Below, piece by piece: positions 1-12,133 of a DNA stretch of 64,000 bases. The position numbers were made by a program, and so were the translations under genes. A model generated the notes under the pieces. That model had not been told where the DNA came from and did no database searches. It saw nothing but the letters and a program-made list of their open reading frames with translations. Origin of the DNA: Eledone cirrhosa (Eukaryota). Numbering within the stretch: position 1 is the stretch's first letter; each line of letters starts with the position of its first letter. Location of the stretch: NCBI GenBank assembly GCA_964016885.1, contig OZ024742.1, positions 148,614,001 to 148,678,000 of the forward strand, in the 5' to 3' direction.

Positions 1-820
1 CTGTCGTTAGCAAGAATAGAGACGCGCTTCTTCAAAACAAATCTCGTTTTATGATTATTCATGTTTTCCCTTAATGGTTCATGTAATTATTCGAATCTAA
101 ATAAATAAAATTAAAGAACAATTTAAAAGAATTATGTTCCTAAACTAACTTCTCTCCAGTTCCAACTTTATCTTGCAAATTATTTAGTGCTTGTTGAGAA
201 AATATTGTAGACCAATTGTCATACACTAATTTGGTTTGGAGAAAATTTAATCTCAACTCATTGGATTAATAGTTATTACTATTTCCTTTCATATTTCCTA
301 TATTGCTTTGTTTATTTTTGAAGGACAATCTGTAGAAATCAAGGAAACTACTTTTTGTTTACTTAGGTAAACATGAGTAAATCTACCATTAAATATGATG
401 ACGATGTGGACAACCTTGATCTCATGATAGCTTCTAATCTTTTTCAGTTCCCACTTTTAATCCTGGTACCGGTTAATTTTCTCCTTCTCCTTTCCTTACA
501 CTCTTGTGTCAAAGGGGAAAGCTATATCTATAATCAAGCAAGATCTATTTTTTCCTTGTCAAAAACCACCAGGCCAGGCCTATTATGTTCTAATTTTTTG
601 TCCGTTTGTATCCTGAAATCCCACAATACCTTCATCTGATCATTTTCTATCAGCGACTCTGTTGCGTGTTGTCATTATATTACAAACTGTAGCCTTGATT
701 TCGTTGAGTGTGTACAGTGATATGACTCTTTATATTGTGGTTGTACTATTTTAATACAGCATGTTTTGCTGTGGTTGTTGGTTGTATATTTTTTGTTTTA
801 ATATTCCCAGGGACATTTAA

Positions 821-919
821 TTACGGCTCTTTACGTTCTGTGTTCAAATCCTGCCGACATCAGCTTTGGCTTTCATCCTCTGGAGGTAAATAAAACAAAC
901 TACCAGTAAAATACTGAGG
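821..919 (+). mobile_element. Degenerate partial copy of the dominant tRNA-derived SINE
   Basis: gttcaaatcctgccgac...ctttcatcc...taccagt matches the body of the full copy at 2067. Confidence 0.7.
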
Positions 920-929
920 TAGATATAAT

Positions 930-1080
930 TGACTTTCACCTCCTCCAAAATGTCTAGGCTTCTGTCTATCCTAGAAACAATAATTTCCCAGGCATCGTTT
1001 ATTGTGTGGATTATTTCTGTTTCACACATTCACGTTATTTCTATACCCAGGTCTTTATATTTGGATAAATTCTCAATGGT
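930..1080 (-). pseudogene. R4/Dong-clade LINE C-terminal fragment
   Basis: Minus strand reads IENLSKYKDLGIEIT*MCETEIIHTINDAWEII, resembling the EKLSKYKDL.IEI..MW...T.IIPV..GALG motif of RLE-type R4/Dong ORFs; compare 63030-63110. Confidence 0.55.
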
Positions 1081-1164
1081 AGGGGGTAAATGCTCGTCGT
1101 ATATATATGTGTGTGTATGTTTGTTAAGCACAATACATGCGTGAGTGTGTGTCCATGACACACA

Positions 1165-1290
1165 TATACACCAGATCCGAACACAAAAGAACCAAACTCC
1201 ACCTGTCACTGCCTCCGCCTCTTCTGCTCTCCCCATTTCTCACTATTCTGAGCAAATGGAGGCCCACGCGCTGGCCATCCCGTGGCCCCG
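1165..1290 (+). repeat. Interspersed repeat homologous to 48285-48390 (probable LINE 5' end)
   Basis: accagatccgaacacaaaagaac...ctcact...gagcaaatgg...cccacgcgctg is present in reverse complement at 48285-48390. Confidence 0.6.
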
Positions 1291-1900
1291 GCGGACAGAA
1301 TAGAAAAGGCGTTTCCTCGGAGGTTGATGAGGGGGGTGCGGGGGGGGGGGGGGGGGGGGACTAGAAGAGCCATTCCAGCTCGCGTTTGTTATGTGTATTA
1401 GCCTGAATAGCCATGTCTGTGTGTATCGGCATGTCCCAGAGTATAGCTGTGTTATCATCTAGTGTATGCCTATGGACTGTACATGTATTTCAAAGGGACA
1501 GATTTCACATAAACTTTATTACGCTGAATCTTCCTGAGAATTAGGTTAAGAGTACACGTCTCTGTGGAATGCTCAGCTACTTGCACGTTAATTTCACAAG
1601 CGGCGAGATGTTCAATTGATTGGACATCTGGAATACTTATCGTCGAAAGTGAGAGAGGGTGTGTATGTGTGTGTGAGAGAGGGGGTGGGAGAAAGAGAGG
1701 GAGGGTGCGTATGTGTATGAGAGAGAGAGAGAGAGAGGGGGGGAGATGGGGGAGATAAGATATTACTTCAGAAAAGTAGAGTCGAAACGGTAATAGCTTT
1801 AAGGTAGGCCTGAGCATCATCTTAATGATATTTATATATATATATTTATATATTTATTAAAATATATATCTGTACGTGTGTATATATATATATATGTACG

Positions 1901-1953
<53 letters not shown>

Positions 1954-1956
1954 ATC

Positions 1957-2048
1957 ATTAAATATTTGCTCTACGGTTCTTATATATTTGATATATATTT
2001 ATCCTTATCGAGCCCTCTTTGGATTTTAGTCTTCAAATTTATTATTAT
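1957..2048 (+). mobile_element. Isolated 3' tail of the hammerhead/PLE-type family at 19651-19878
   Basis: Near-identical to 19783-19878; contains the bulged stem gctc...tc gagc. Confidence 0.75.
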
Positions 2049-2066
2049 TAGTAGTAGTATTATTAA

Positions 2067-2269
2067 GGCGGTGGATTGGCAGTATCGGTAGAGCGTCGGA
2101 CGCCATGCTTTCCAGCATAGTTACGTCCCTTTACGATCTGAGTTCAAATCCCGCCGAGGTTAACTTTGCCTTTCATCCTTATGGGGTCGATAAAATAAAG
2201 TACCAGTAATGCACTGGGTAATTGCTGGCCTTGTGCCAAAAGTAGAAACAATTATTATTATTATTATTA
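2067..2269 (+). mobile_element. tRNA-derived SINE, short subfamily
   Basis: A-box-like tggcagtatcgg, B-box gagttcaaatcc, conserved body ctttgcctttcatcc...gtcgataaaataaagtaccagt and an (att)n tail; many copies in the window. Confidence 0.9.
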
Positions 2270-2629
2270 CTATATATATATATATATATATACACATTTA
2301 TTTATATATATATATATATATATACTTATTTATATATATATATGTGTGTATGTATGTAAGTATGTATGTATATGTGTGTGTGTATGTGTTTGTGTGTAAG
2401 TGTATTCACATGATAAAACGCATAATCAAGTACAGTAGACAAGTTTTCATCTTTTAAATTTCTTGCGTGTCTAGCTAGTGCACTTATTTTCCCATCCAGT
2501 CAAACCAGAACATACTAATGTGTTGCTGGGAGAAGAAAAAACAAGCATTGAGCTGACGGTACACTAGAGGCAAAAAGACAAGCACACGCATATATATACT
2601 CGCCTTCATATTTACGTATATAAAGGTAT

Positions 2630-2658
2630 GCTTATATATATATATATATATATATTAC

Positions 2659-2748
<90 letters not shown>

Positions 2749-2801
2749 TGTAATATATATATATATATATGTAATATATATATATATATATATTACATAT
2801 A

Positions 2802-2876
<75 letters not shown>

Positions 2877-2990
2877 AATATATATATATATATTACATAT
2901 ATATATATATATAGATATATATAAAAATAGAAACTTATATATATATAGTATATATATATATATATATACGTGTGTATATATATATGTACG

Positions 2991-3023
<33 letters not shown>

Positions 3024-3025
3024 AT
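2630..3025. repeat. (TA)n/(TG)n compound microsatellite
   Basis: Seen directly. Confidence 0.95.
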
Positions 3026-3489
3026 ACATATAGGGAATAGCTTTGGAGCTTTGCAGATGAGAGTGTCTTTGGATTGATAGAATGTACGTTTTTTTTTTTT
3101 GTTCCCTTCTTGAGCTGTTTGTTCCATCAAAAGAAGTTTTGTCATTGTTTCTAGGAACACGTGCCATTCCTTCTGAAAACAATTGACGGCGACAACATTA
3201 ATAACAAAGACAATAAAAAAAATAATAACACCATCTACAACAATATTAAAAGCATTCTGAATGCATTCACATCCATAAACAATAGACAGTAAAAACTACA
3301 TCCTTTCCAAAGAGAACATCTTATTCTACTGAATAAATATAAATAACATCAACAAAACCATTGCTTCCAGTGCGGTGTATCTTTAAGGAAACTATTGAAT
3401 GACTGGAACCAGTTCAACAATACTATAAAAAAAATTTTTTATAGCACAAAGAAATGAATCAAATATTTGTAGAAGAAAGCAACAATGTG

Positions 3490-3567
3490 AACTACTACTA
3501 CTACTGCAACTACTGCTGCTGTTGCTGCTGTTGCTACTACTACTCTACTACTACTACTACTACTGCA

Positions 3568-3602
<35 letters not shown>

Positions 3603-3618
3603 TACTCTACTACTACTA

Positions 3619-3653
<35 letters not shown>

Positions 3654-3806
3654 ACTGCTACTACTAATATCACCACCACAACTACTACTATTATTACCTA
3701 CTAGTACTATCACCACCACCGCCACCACTACTACCACCACAACTACAACAACTACTACTACTACTACTACCACCACCAACACTACTACCAGCACCACCAC
3801 CCCACC

Positions 3807-3843
<37 letters not shown>

Positions 3844-3950
3844 ATACTACTACTACCACTATCACCACCACCACCACTACCAACACCAACACCACCACCA
3901 CCACCACCACTACTACTACTACTACTGCTACTGCTGTTGCTGCTGCTGTG
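3490..3950. repeat. Compound trinucleotide repeat (CTA/CTG/CCA)
   Basis: Seen directly; the ORFs here are homopolymeric. Confidence 0.9.
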
Positions 3951-4203
3951 TTTGCTAATACAGTCAACAGTCACTAATCTGGCATCATTGGAACTTGTGG
4001 TAGGCTGGGCTTGTAAGTATCTCGGCCGGTTAAATTATCACATACAGTTTACCCAACAACTAACCACCTCATCCTACTACATTTGAAATACTATGTAAAT
4101 CAAATGTCGTTTCTGTGTCTCTGTCATACACTGTCGAAGAGTCGTTATATAATTCACACAAGTTTCTCTCAGACACACGATGGACGGGGTTTTGTTGTTA
4201 TTG

Positions 4204-4235
<32 letters not shown>

Positions 4236-4650
4236 TTTGATGCCCAATTATATCTAAGGGATAATGTATATCGTTTGAGGCGGCGAATTGGCAAAGTCAT
4301 TCCGACACTCTGTGCCCTGAGTTCAAAACCAGCCTAGGTCAACTTTGTCTTTCATCCTTTTAAGATTGATAAAAGAAGTAACCAGTTCAGTATTTGGGAT
4401 TGATTCTTCCTCTATGTCTCTTTCTCACTTGTTATCTCAAAGTCTCTTTCATTTTCTGGAAGATATCAAACCTGGGGAGGGGAGGGCTCTACTAGGTTTA
4501 AAATGTCCACGACACGCAATATGTCACAATGATGCCATCAAGAGTTGCGGATCCACACATATATACATATCATATCTTCTGTATAGAGGAAACTCTTCCT
4601 TTACGCATTCAATCTATAACTGGGACTAAATGTGATCAGGTTGTAATAAT

Positions 4651-4834
4651 TGTTTCTACTTTAGGCACAAGGCCAGCAATTACCCAGTGCATTACTGGTA
4701 CTTTATTTTATCGACCGCGTAAGGATGAAAGGCAAAGTCAACCTCGGCGGGATTTGAACTCAGATCATAAAGGGACGTAACTATGCTGGAAAGCATGGCG
4801 TCCGACCCTCTACCGATACTGCCAATCCACCGCC
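4651..4834 (-). mobile_element. tRNA-derived SINE with ~20-bp target-site duplication
   Basis: Reverse complement of the 2067 copy; tgtgatcaggttgtaataat is repeated at 4631-4650 and 4835-4854. Confidence 0.92.
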
Positions 4835-5116
4835 TGTGATCAGGTTGTAATAATGAATTTATTCTATAGACACAAGGCCGAAAATGTTAGTGGGGTGGGA
4901 GTAGTTGATTAAATCTAACTCAGTACTTCATTGATACGTATTTCATTAGCACGCATGTTACCAGCGTTGTTTACGAGTTCGCACCATATGTTGATGCTAC
5001 AGCCAAAGCCACCTAACAACTATATTCACTCATCAATACATCACCACCGATACGCTGTTAATAAACTGCACTTCTACCAATACTTCACCAGTGTCAGCTT
5101 AACTGAAATGGCTACT

Positions 5117-6405
5117 TACGAGTATCGGCTGAAAAGTTCATAATCTGACCACGATACACTCATGGAATGTAACCAAATTAGGTTTATTTTTCAACATAGT
5201 CCCCCTTGTAGGTCACACACTTCTTCCGTTGGTCTTGCATTGCTTGGAAACCATTGGTGAAGAAGCTTTCATCATATTGATAAAAAAAAAATGACATCAA
5301 CTGTAGACATGACGTCACCATCACTGCAATACTGGGTCCCAACCAAGTATTTGTTCATGTTGGAGAACAGATGATAGTCAGATGAGACCAAATCAGGAGA
5401 ATAGGGAGGGGGGGTGTGATCAAAGCAACAGTCATGCACAGCAACCATTGGAACCAAGGACTTGTGTGCTAGAGCATTGTCCTGATGAAACAAGATACCT
5501 TTCGTCAGTTTTCTTGGGCGTTTTATCTTGATAGCCTTTCATAGCTGCCTCAGCAAGTTGCCATAGTACTCTCCATTGATGACATGGTCCCTTTGAAGAT
5601 AAACACAATGCCTTTTCCATCCCCAAAAATCTGAGGCCATCACTTTCTCTTCAGATGATACGACCTTGATCTTCTTTGGAGCAGGTGAGGATAAATGTTT
5701 CCACTTCATGGATAGTCGCTTTCTCCTTGGCGCAAATTGATAAAACTCAACACTCATCCTGGGTTAAGAAATGTTCAAGGAAACCAGCTGGATATGCCTC
5801 AAACAATGTCGGATGATCGTGATGTGTTCAGCCTGGTGAATTTTTGATCAGTTGTCAGAAGAAGTGGCAACCATCGAGCATAAACCTTTGTTATACCAAG
5901 TATTGTGCAGAATATTCTCAAATGTCCCCACCCCCATCCCGAGATATGTTATTAGCATTGGCTATTTGATTTATAGTCAACCGTCTGTGATCCATCACCG
6001 TGTGGTGAACACGATCAATGTTTTCTTCGGTGGTGGCAGTTGCAGGACGTCCAGACCTTCAAGACTTTCTCTTTCCCTCCTAATTTCAGCTTCCCCCTTT
6101 TGTACTGTTGATAAAGCTGGAGCGTCATCCCTTAACGCAGCAACCCTGTCAGCATGAATGTCTTTAGGGGCAAAACCCTTTTTTTAGCGGGTACTTAATA
6201 ACACCACAATACCAAATGATGTCCATTTCCAAGCCATTACTAGTTACATTTGAAGACTTCTTTGAACAGTCAGATGTTAGTTTACTTGGAAAGAAACAAT
6301 ACAGTTATTAATAAGAAGAGTTGAAATTAATGCGTGCAAGATTTCACAGCTCTAGAATCATCATTCCTTCATAGTCAGCCTTGAACTTTTCAGCTCAGCT
6401 TCGTA
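5117..6405 (-). mobile_element. Full-length mariner (Tc1/mariner) DNA transposon, decayed
   Basis: Imperfect ~32-bp TIRs (tacgagtatcggctgaaaagttcataatctgac / gtcagccttgaacttttcagctcagcttcgta), TA termini, ~1.29 kb. Confidence 0.92.
5184..6226 (-). pseudogene. Mariner transposase pseudogene (frameshifts and stops)
   Basis: Fragments MDIIWYCGVIKY, SMKWKHLSSPAPKK...KVMASDFW, FHQDNALAHKS, PPYSPDLVSSDYHLF and GDYVEK* lie in different frames. Confidence 0.9.
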
Positions 6406-7339
6406 TGTGCCCATTCCATCCAGGATCACCTGGATCATTCTTGTCTCCTTTAATTAATCCTCACTAAAACTGTGTCCCACCCCAACAATTCCGTACCAAA
6501 TACTCTCTACTCAATCATTTATCATCCCCATTCCAGAACAGCAATTCTCTGAAACCACCACTCGGCTTTCATTTTCTCAACGAGCCAACGCAGCAGGCCT
6601 TTACGTGGAGATAGTCTTCCTTGAACAACACTCTATCGTCTGAAAAAAGGTGTACATTGCACAATGTGATCCTGGGTTGCTGGCACATAGGAAAAGGACG
6701 GGATGTTTAAGTTTGTAATGTCCTTGATTGAAGATATATTCAACAGCATAGTGACATACACCATTTTGGTGGGCTTTTAAAACTTGGCGATGCCCATCCC
6801 ACTCCGGGGTCAACAGTAACAATATTGTCCCTGTAACACTCCGATTTATAGCTGTTTATACTGATTTATTAACCGCACTTAGCCATTGACCCTGGAGAGG
6901 GTGTATGTCACTATGGTTCTCCTATAACTCCACCAGGAGTTACGGGACCATATATACACACATACAATTGTTATTGACACAGTGACTCTTCTCCTTATTT
7001 TCTCTCCATTCATCTTCTTCTGCCTTCTTTTCTGATTAACTCATAAAATACTGTATTACACTTTTATGTTGCTACTGTTTGTACTCTGCGTTGCATACAC
7101 ACTTCTTGCAAAGCACTATATAGTCTCGAGGATATCATCATGCCTCGGTATTTCATCTCTGTTTCATAAAGCTGTTTACATACTAAATATTGAAAAAATA
7201 TATAATCACACAGTCGATCATATTGAGAATTCTATTTCATTTTTTTTTTATAGTCATAAACCTTGCTTATTTACATTTCAGTAATATTTTCTTTGATAGC
7301 ATATTGATTAGGTTACTTGCTTTTTATTTCTTTTAGTTA

Positions 7340-7358
7340 TTCATCATCATCATCATCA

Positions 7359-7411
<53 letters not shown>

Positions 7412-7495
7412 TATCATCATCATCATCATCATCGCTATCAGCATCATTATCATCATCATCATCATCATCACCTCCACCTCCACCATCACTACCAT
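7340..7495. repeat. (CAT)n microsatellite
   Basis: Seen directly. Confidence 0.95.
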
Positions 7496-7514
7496 CGAAG
7501 TTAATTAAAGCAAC

Positions 7515-8000
7515 ACCAGTACTTGACTGACATTCTATTTTATCGACCCCAGAAGAATGAAAGGTAAAGTTGAACTTGTCGGAATTTTAATTCAGAAGGT
7601 AAAGAGCAAGATCAAAATACCATAACGACATTTTTCTGACGCTCTACCAATTCTACCAATCTACCAACTTTGTGTGTATATATTGATTTCAATTTTAGGC
7701 CCAATACCAACAAGTTGAGGGGGAAATGAAAATTGGTTGTATAGACCCTAGTGCATGACTAGTACTTTATTTTACTAGTGCATGATTAGTACTTTATTTT
7801 ATTGACTCCGGAAAGATGAAAGGCAAATATGGCCTCGGCGGGATTTGAACTCCGAACGTAAAAGGCCGTACCTAAATGTAAAGAACTTTGTATGCATACA
7901 GTAAAATTATTAAATACTCATAAAAACTTCGTCTTTCTACGTTCTGAGTTCAAATCCAGTCGAAGTTAACATTACTTTTCATCTCTAAACTATCACTAAA
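7515..8000. mobile_element. Cluster of three old, degenerate SINE copies (two minus, one plus)
   Basis: Diverged matches: ttttatcgacccc...atgaaagg...gaatttt; ctcggcgggatttgaactc; ctgagttcaaatcc. Confidence 0.65.
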
Positions 8001-8366
8001 ATAAGCTCTAATAAAGAGCCTCTACGTATTTACTCGACTTACTCTCCATCATTTCACTCATAAACCAGCATTAAAAAAAAGGGAACATATTCAATAATGC
8101 AATCCTTGATACCCTATGTTTGAAAATATGATTGGATGGTCACGGCTGAAATGTATTTTTAGTGTATGATCGGCCCTAACAGCCACCAACAACAACGACA
8201 TCGAGCTGAGGTGTCACAAACAAATCACTACTTCTGCTAGAAATAGAAGCCAAATTCTATAAACATTACTACCTGGTGTCTTTAAAAGGGAATGATACAT
8301 TAGATAATGTGGTTCTAGATAATCCTGTAAAATAGTGACTGGAATGCATTTATTGTAGATAAGCTG

Positions 8367-8586
8367 AGGGCGGTGGATTGGCAGAATTGGTAGAGCGTCG
8401 AACACCATGCTTCGCGTCATAGTTATGTCCCTTTACGTTCTGAGTTCAAATCCTGCCGAGGTTAGCTTTGCCTTTCATCTTTACGGGGGTCGACAAAATA
8501 AAATACCATTAATGCACTGGGGTCGATTTAATCGACTTTCCCTTCCCCAAAATTGCTGGCCTTGTGCCTAAATCAGAAACCATTAT
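8367..8586 (+). mobile_element. tRNA-derived SINE, long subfamily (contains the gtcgatttaatcgac hairpin)
   Basis: Full head and body plus an extra ~27-bp segment before aattgctggcc. Confidence 0.9.
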
Positions 8587-8661
8587 AGATACGCTGGATA
8601 ATGAACATGTTTAAAGCATTAGGGCTCGATCCCAACTCGTACAAGACAGAAACAAATGAAA

Positions 8662-8843
8662 ATTGGCAGTATCGGTTAAGGGTCGGATGCCATGCTTTCC
8701 AGCATAGTTACGTCCCTTTACAATCTGAGTTCAAATCCCGCCGAGGTTAACTTTGCCTTTCATCCTTACGGGGTCGATAAAATAAAGTACCAGTAATGTA
8801 CTGGGTAATTGCTGGCCTTGTGCCAAAAGTAGAAACAATTATT
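8662..8843 (+). mobile_element. tRNA-derived SINE, short subfamily
   Basis: Near-identical to the 2067 copy. Confidence 0.9.
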
Positions 8844-8898
8844 AATTGAATCAGAGGAAGAAAAAGTAATCACCATCATCATCATTACGAACATCAAT

Positions 8899-9031
8899 AA
8901 TTGTTTCTACTTTAGGCACAAGGCCAGCAATTACCCAGTGCATTACTGGTACTTTATTTTATCGACCCCGTAAGGATGAAAGGCAAAGTCAACCTCGGCG
9001 GGATTTGAACTCAGATCGTAAAGGGACGTAA
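8899..9031 (-). mobile_element. 5'-truncated SINE with TSD
   Basis: Flanked by ttacgaacatcaataat on both sides. Confidence 0.85.
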
Positions 9032-9109
9032 TTTTACGAACATCAATAATACCAACATGACTGTCAACTTCTCTTTTATCGTCATCATCATTACCAAAAC
9101 ACAAGCAGG

Positions 9110-9173
<64 letters not shown>

Positions 9174-9205
9174 GTATATGTATATGTATATATACATATA
9201 CATAC

Positions 9206-9241
<36 letters not shown>

Positions 9242-9245
9242 TTAC

Positions 9246-9319
<74 letters not shown>

Positions 9320-9347
9320 GTGTGTGTGTGTGTGTTTATATATATAC

Positions 9348-9407
<60 letters not shown>

Positions 9408-9412
9408 TATAT

Positions 9413-9898
9413 AAATAAAGTTAAATAAAAATCAAATGATTAAAATTTAGCTTCGTTTATTACTGCTATATATATTTCAGTGACAGCCATCTTTGGCTGT
9501 GACCTCTTCAGGCAGTTTGAATTAGTATGGTATAGACAAGTACATATGTTGTTTAGGTGTATAATATTGTCAATACTCTGATATGCCCAGTTCCTTGTTG
9601 GGTTGTTAATTCACTGAGGAACTGGAGTCATATCAGAGTATTGACAATATTATACACCTAAACAACATATGTACTTGTCTATACCATACTAATTCAAACT
9701 GCCTGAAGAGGTCACAGCCAAAGATGGCTGTCACTGAAATATATATAGCAGTAATAAACGAAGCTAAATTTTAATCATTTGATTTTTATTTAACTTTATT
9801 TTACACTACTCCGGAGTAACCAAACCAACCTGCGCACTTCGTCGAGTGCTCCAGCCTGCATACTGAGGTGTTGGTATACAACCAACATAAACTCAAAA

Positions 9899-9900
<2 letters not shown>
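9413..9900 (+). mobile_element. Fold-back hammerhead/PLE pLTR-type cassette, family B
   Basis: Inverted arms ~9413-9595/9617-9801 with a hammerhead in each arm, 3' tail 9802-9900, (TA)n on both sides; homologous to 29301-29690. Confidence 0.85.
9698..9752 (+). ncRNA. Type I minimal hammerhead ribozyme (mirror copy at 9462-9516, minus strand)
   Basis: actgc CTGAAGA ggtcacagcca aaga tggctgtcact GAAA tatata TA gcagt: stem I actgc/gcagt, intact core, ~10-bp stem II, palindromic helix III. Confidence 0.85.
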
Positions 9901-9936
<36 letters not shown>

Positions 9937-9965
9937 TGAAGTTGAAATTGCTCAGAAATATGTTT

Positions 9966-10580
9966 AAAGAATATTTTTCTTTAATCCGGCAGAATGAATA
10001 TTATAATTATTGCATTAAATATAACCGTTTTCGATTGCTATAACAATCTTATCAAATATTAAATATTAAATGTTTAAAAAATGGATTTTCATGTATTCTG
10101 TGAGCAGTTTAAATGTATGTAACTTTTCTGTCGAAATTTCTTATATATGTTCTTAATGAAGGTGTGGTTATGAAGGTGAAAGTTGGGTTCAACGGGTCAA
10201 AATTCAATTGAATTCACTTTGTCAAAAATAGAAAATGCTCTTACCGTTTAAGGGTGGATATAGAATTGTTTTGTTGTGTGTGTGTGTGTGTAAATAAAAA
10301 CATAATGAAAATAAGAATAAATATAAAAAAGCAAAACGAAGATAGGGAGAAGAGAAAGAGAGAAAGAAAAAGGTGTCCTTGGAGAGTAGTTTGTATTTGT
10401 TAATGAATTGTTTTTATTTAGTCATATATTCAAACTGTTCAGAGAATATATAAAAAAAAAATTTTCACATATTTAATATTTAATATTTGATAAGATTGTT
10501 ATATCAATCGAAACCAGTTATATTTAATGCAACAATTATAAAATTATACATTCTGCCGTATTAAAGACAAAATAATCTTT
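9966..10580. mobile_element. Diverged inverted repeat with decayed hammerhead motifs
   Basis: Arms ~9966-10073 / ~10467-10580; aatat TTGATAA gattg ttatat caatc GAAA ccag TT atatt at 10482-10525 (core C3 and G8 mutated). Confidence 0.55.
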
Positions 10581-10648
10581 AGATATAGATATAAAGGCAT
10601 TTTAGCCCCTTTTCAAATACATGTATATATGTGTGTATATATGTTTGA

Positions 10649-10700
<52 letters not shown>

Positions 10701-10707
10701 ATGTGTG

Positions 10708-10788
<81 letters not shown>

Positions 10789-10790
<2 letters not shown>

Positions 10791-10988
10791 GGAAAATGTT
10801 TGACCCCGACGGCAGAGCTCAAGCCGTTTCGACGGCTATTTCTGTACTAGTCCAGAAATAGCCGTCAAAACGGCTTGAGCTCTGCCGTCGGGGTCAAACA
10901 TTTTCCTATTACCCACTCTACTACCCTAAGTATTGAGTACTCTGGTGCGTTATGGTCCATCTGGTTCCTTACCACACCTCCTTTATTA
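10789..10988 (+). mobile_element. Fold-back half-hammerhead cassette, family A (copy 1)
   Basis: Hairpin 10791-10906 centred on tactagtc; (G)AAA CGGC ttgagctct GCCG TC ggggtc; 80-bp tail; embedded in (TA)n. Confidence 0.85.
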
Positions 10989-11040
10989 TATATATATATA
11001 TATATGTGTGTGTATATATATATATGTGTATATATATATA

Positions 11041-11149
<109 letters not shown>

Positions 11150-11537
11150 GTGTGTGCGCGTGAATGTGCTTGTAGACACCTGAAATGTTAGCTTAAGAGA
11201 AACCTGAAAAATATGGAGTGGCACTCCAATCTGAACTTGTTTATAGAATTCTTTCTGCCTTTGCCACTCTAAATATAAATTATAGTTTTAAAGAATTAGC
11301 TTTTAAAGAATTCCCTTTACTTTAAACCCATCAACCAGTGACCTCCACCCATCCCAATCCCCACCCTCTCCTACCACCAGAAAAGATATAAATACCACCA
11401 TATTTATTTGGACAGCCAGCTTCGTGATGATTTCTCACGAATGAAACAGTTCTAGTCCTGTAGAAGCTTTTCCATATTAAACATTTATACTCTGCTATGT
11501 ATGTATTGAGTACCTTACTTACTGTGGTTACCCCCGA

Positions 11538-11818
11538 TTGAACCCAAAAGTCAGCACAAAAGTGACACAGAGGAGACTGAGGTTAGCTGGACATGCTCAC
11601 CGACATCCAGAGTTGACACTGCACTCAGTGCTCCTGTGGGAGCCCCTACATGGACACACTGGAAGAGGAAGACCAAGGTTAACGTATGTTGATGCCCTAA
11701 GGACAGACACTGATCTATTGGAGACGCAGGACATGGCAGCGATAATGAGGGACAGAGACCGCTGGAGAGAACTCGTCCATGGATCTCGGGAATTTTACCC
11801 GCCCTAGATAGATAGATA
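11538..11818 (+). mobile_element. RTE-type LINE 3' fragment (ORF2 C-terminus plus (TAGA)n tail)
   Basis: RRLRLAGHAHRHPE...VLLWEP.HG..GRGRPRLTYVD.L...MRDRDRWR, then a stop and tagatagataga. Confidence 0.85.
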
Positions 11819-11821
11819 TTC

Positions 11822-12008
11822 ATTTAATTTAAATCTTGTTACTTTGGAGTTTCGCCTGTTTATCACAAGCTCATCATATGACCCCGTGATAAACAAGCGA
11901 AATTCCAGAGTCACAAGACTCACATTTTAGCCTTAATATAAATTAATATTAAAACTCTACTGCGGTATCGAGTACACCTATCTATCAGCCGTCAATCACA
12001 CACGGATA
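11822..12008 (+). mobile_element. Fold-back hammerhead cassette, family C
   Basis: Minus arm reads (a)TGATGA gcttgt gataa acaggc GAAA ctccaaag TA acaaga; plus arm reads ...acaagc GAAA ttccagag TC acaaga; tail has the bulged stem at 11954-11973; homologous to 41601-41720. Confidence 0.75.
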
Positions 12009-12020
12009 CATATATATATA

Positions 12021-12133
<113 letters not shown>

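Noticed and set aside
2067-2150. tRNA genes at SINE heads
   Set aside because: A/B boxes are present but there is no complete cloverleaf, and each runs into a SINE body.
3454-4086. 210-aa low-complexity ORF
   Set aside because: Mixed triplet microsatellite that switches between homopolymers; no unique coding island.
6560-6830. Possible LINE ORF1 esterase remnant (VHLFSDDRVLFKEDYLHV)
   Set aside because: Resemblance too weak to call without a profile search.
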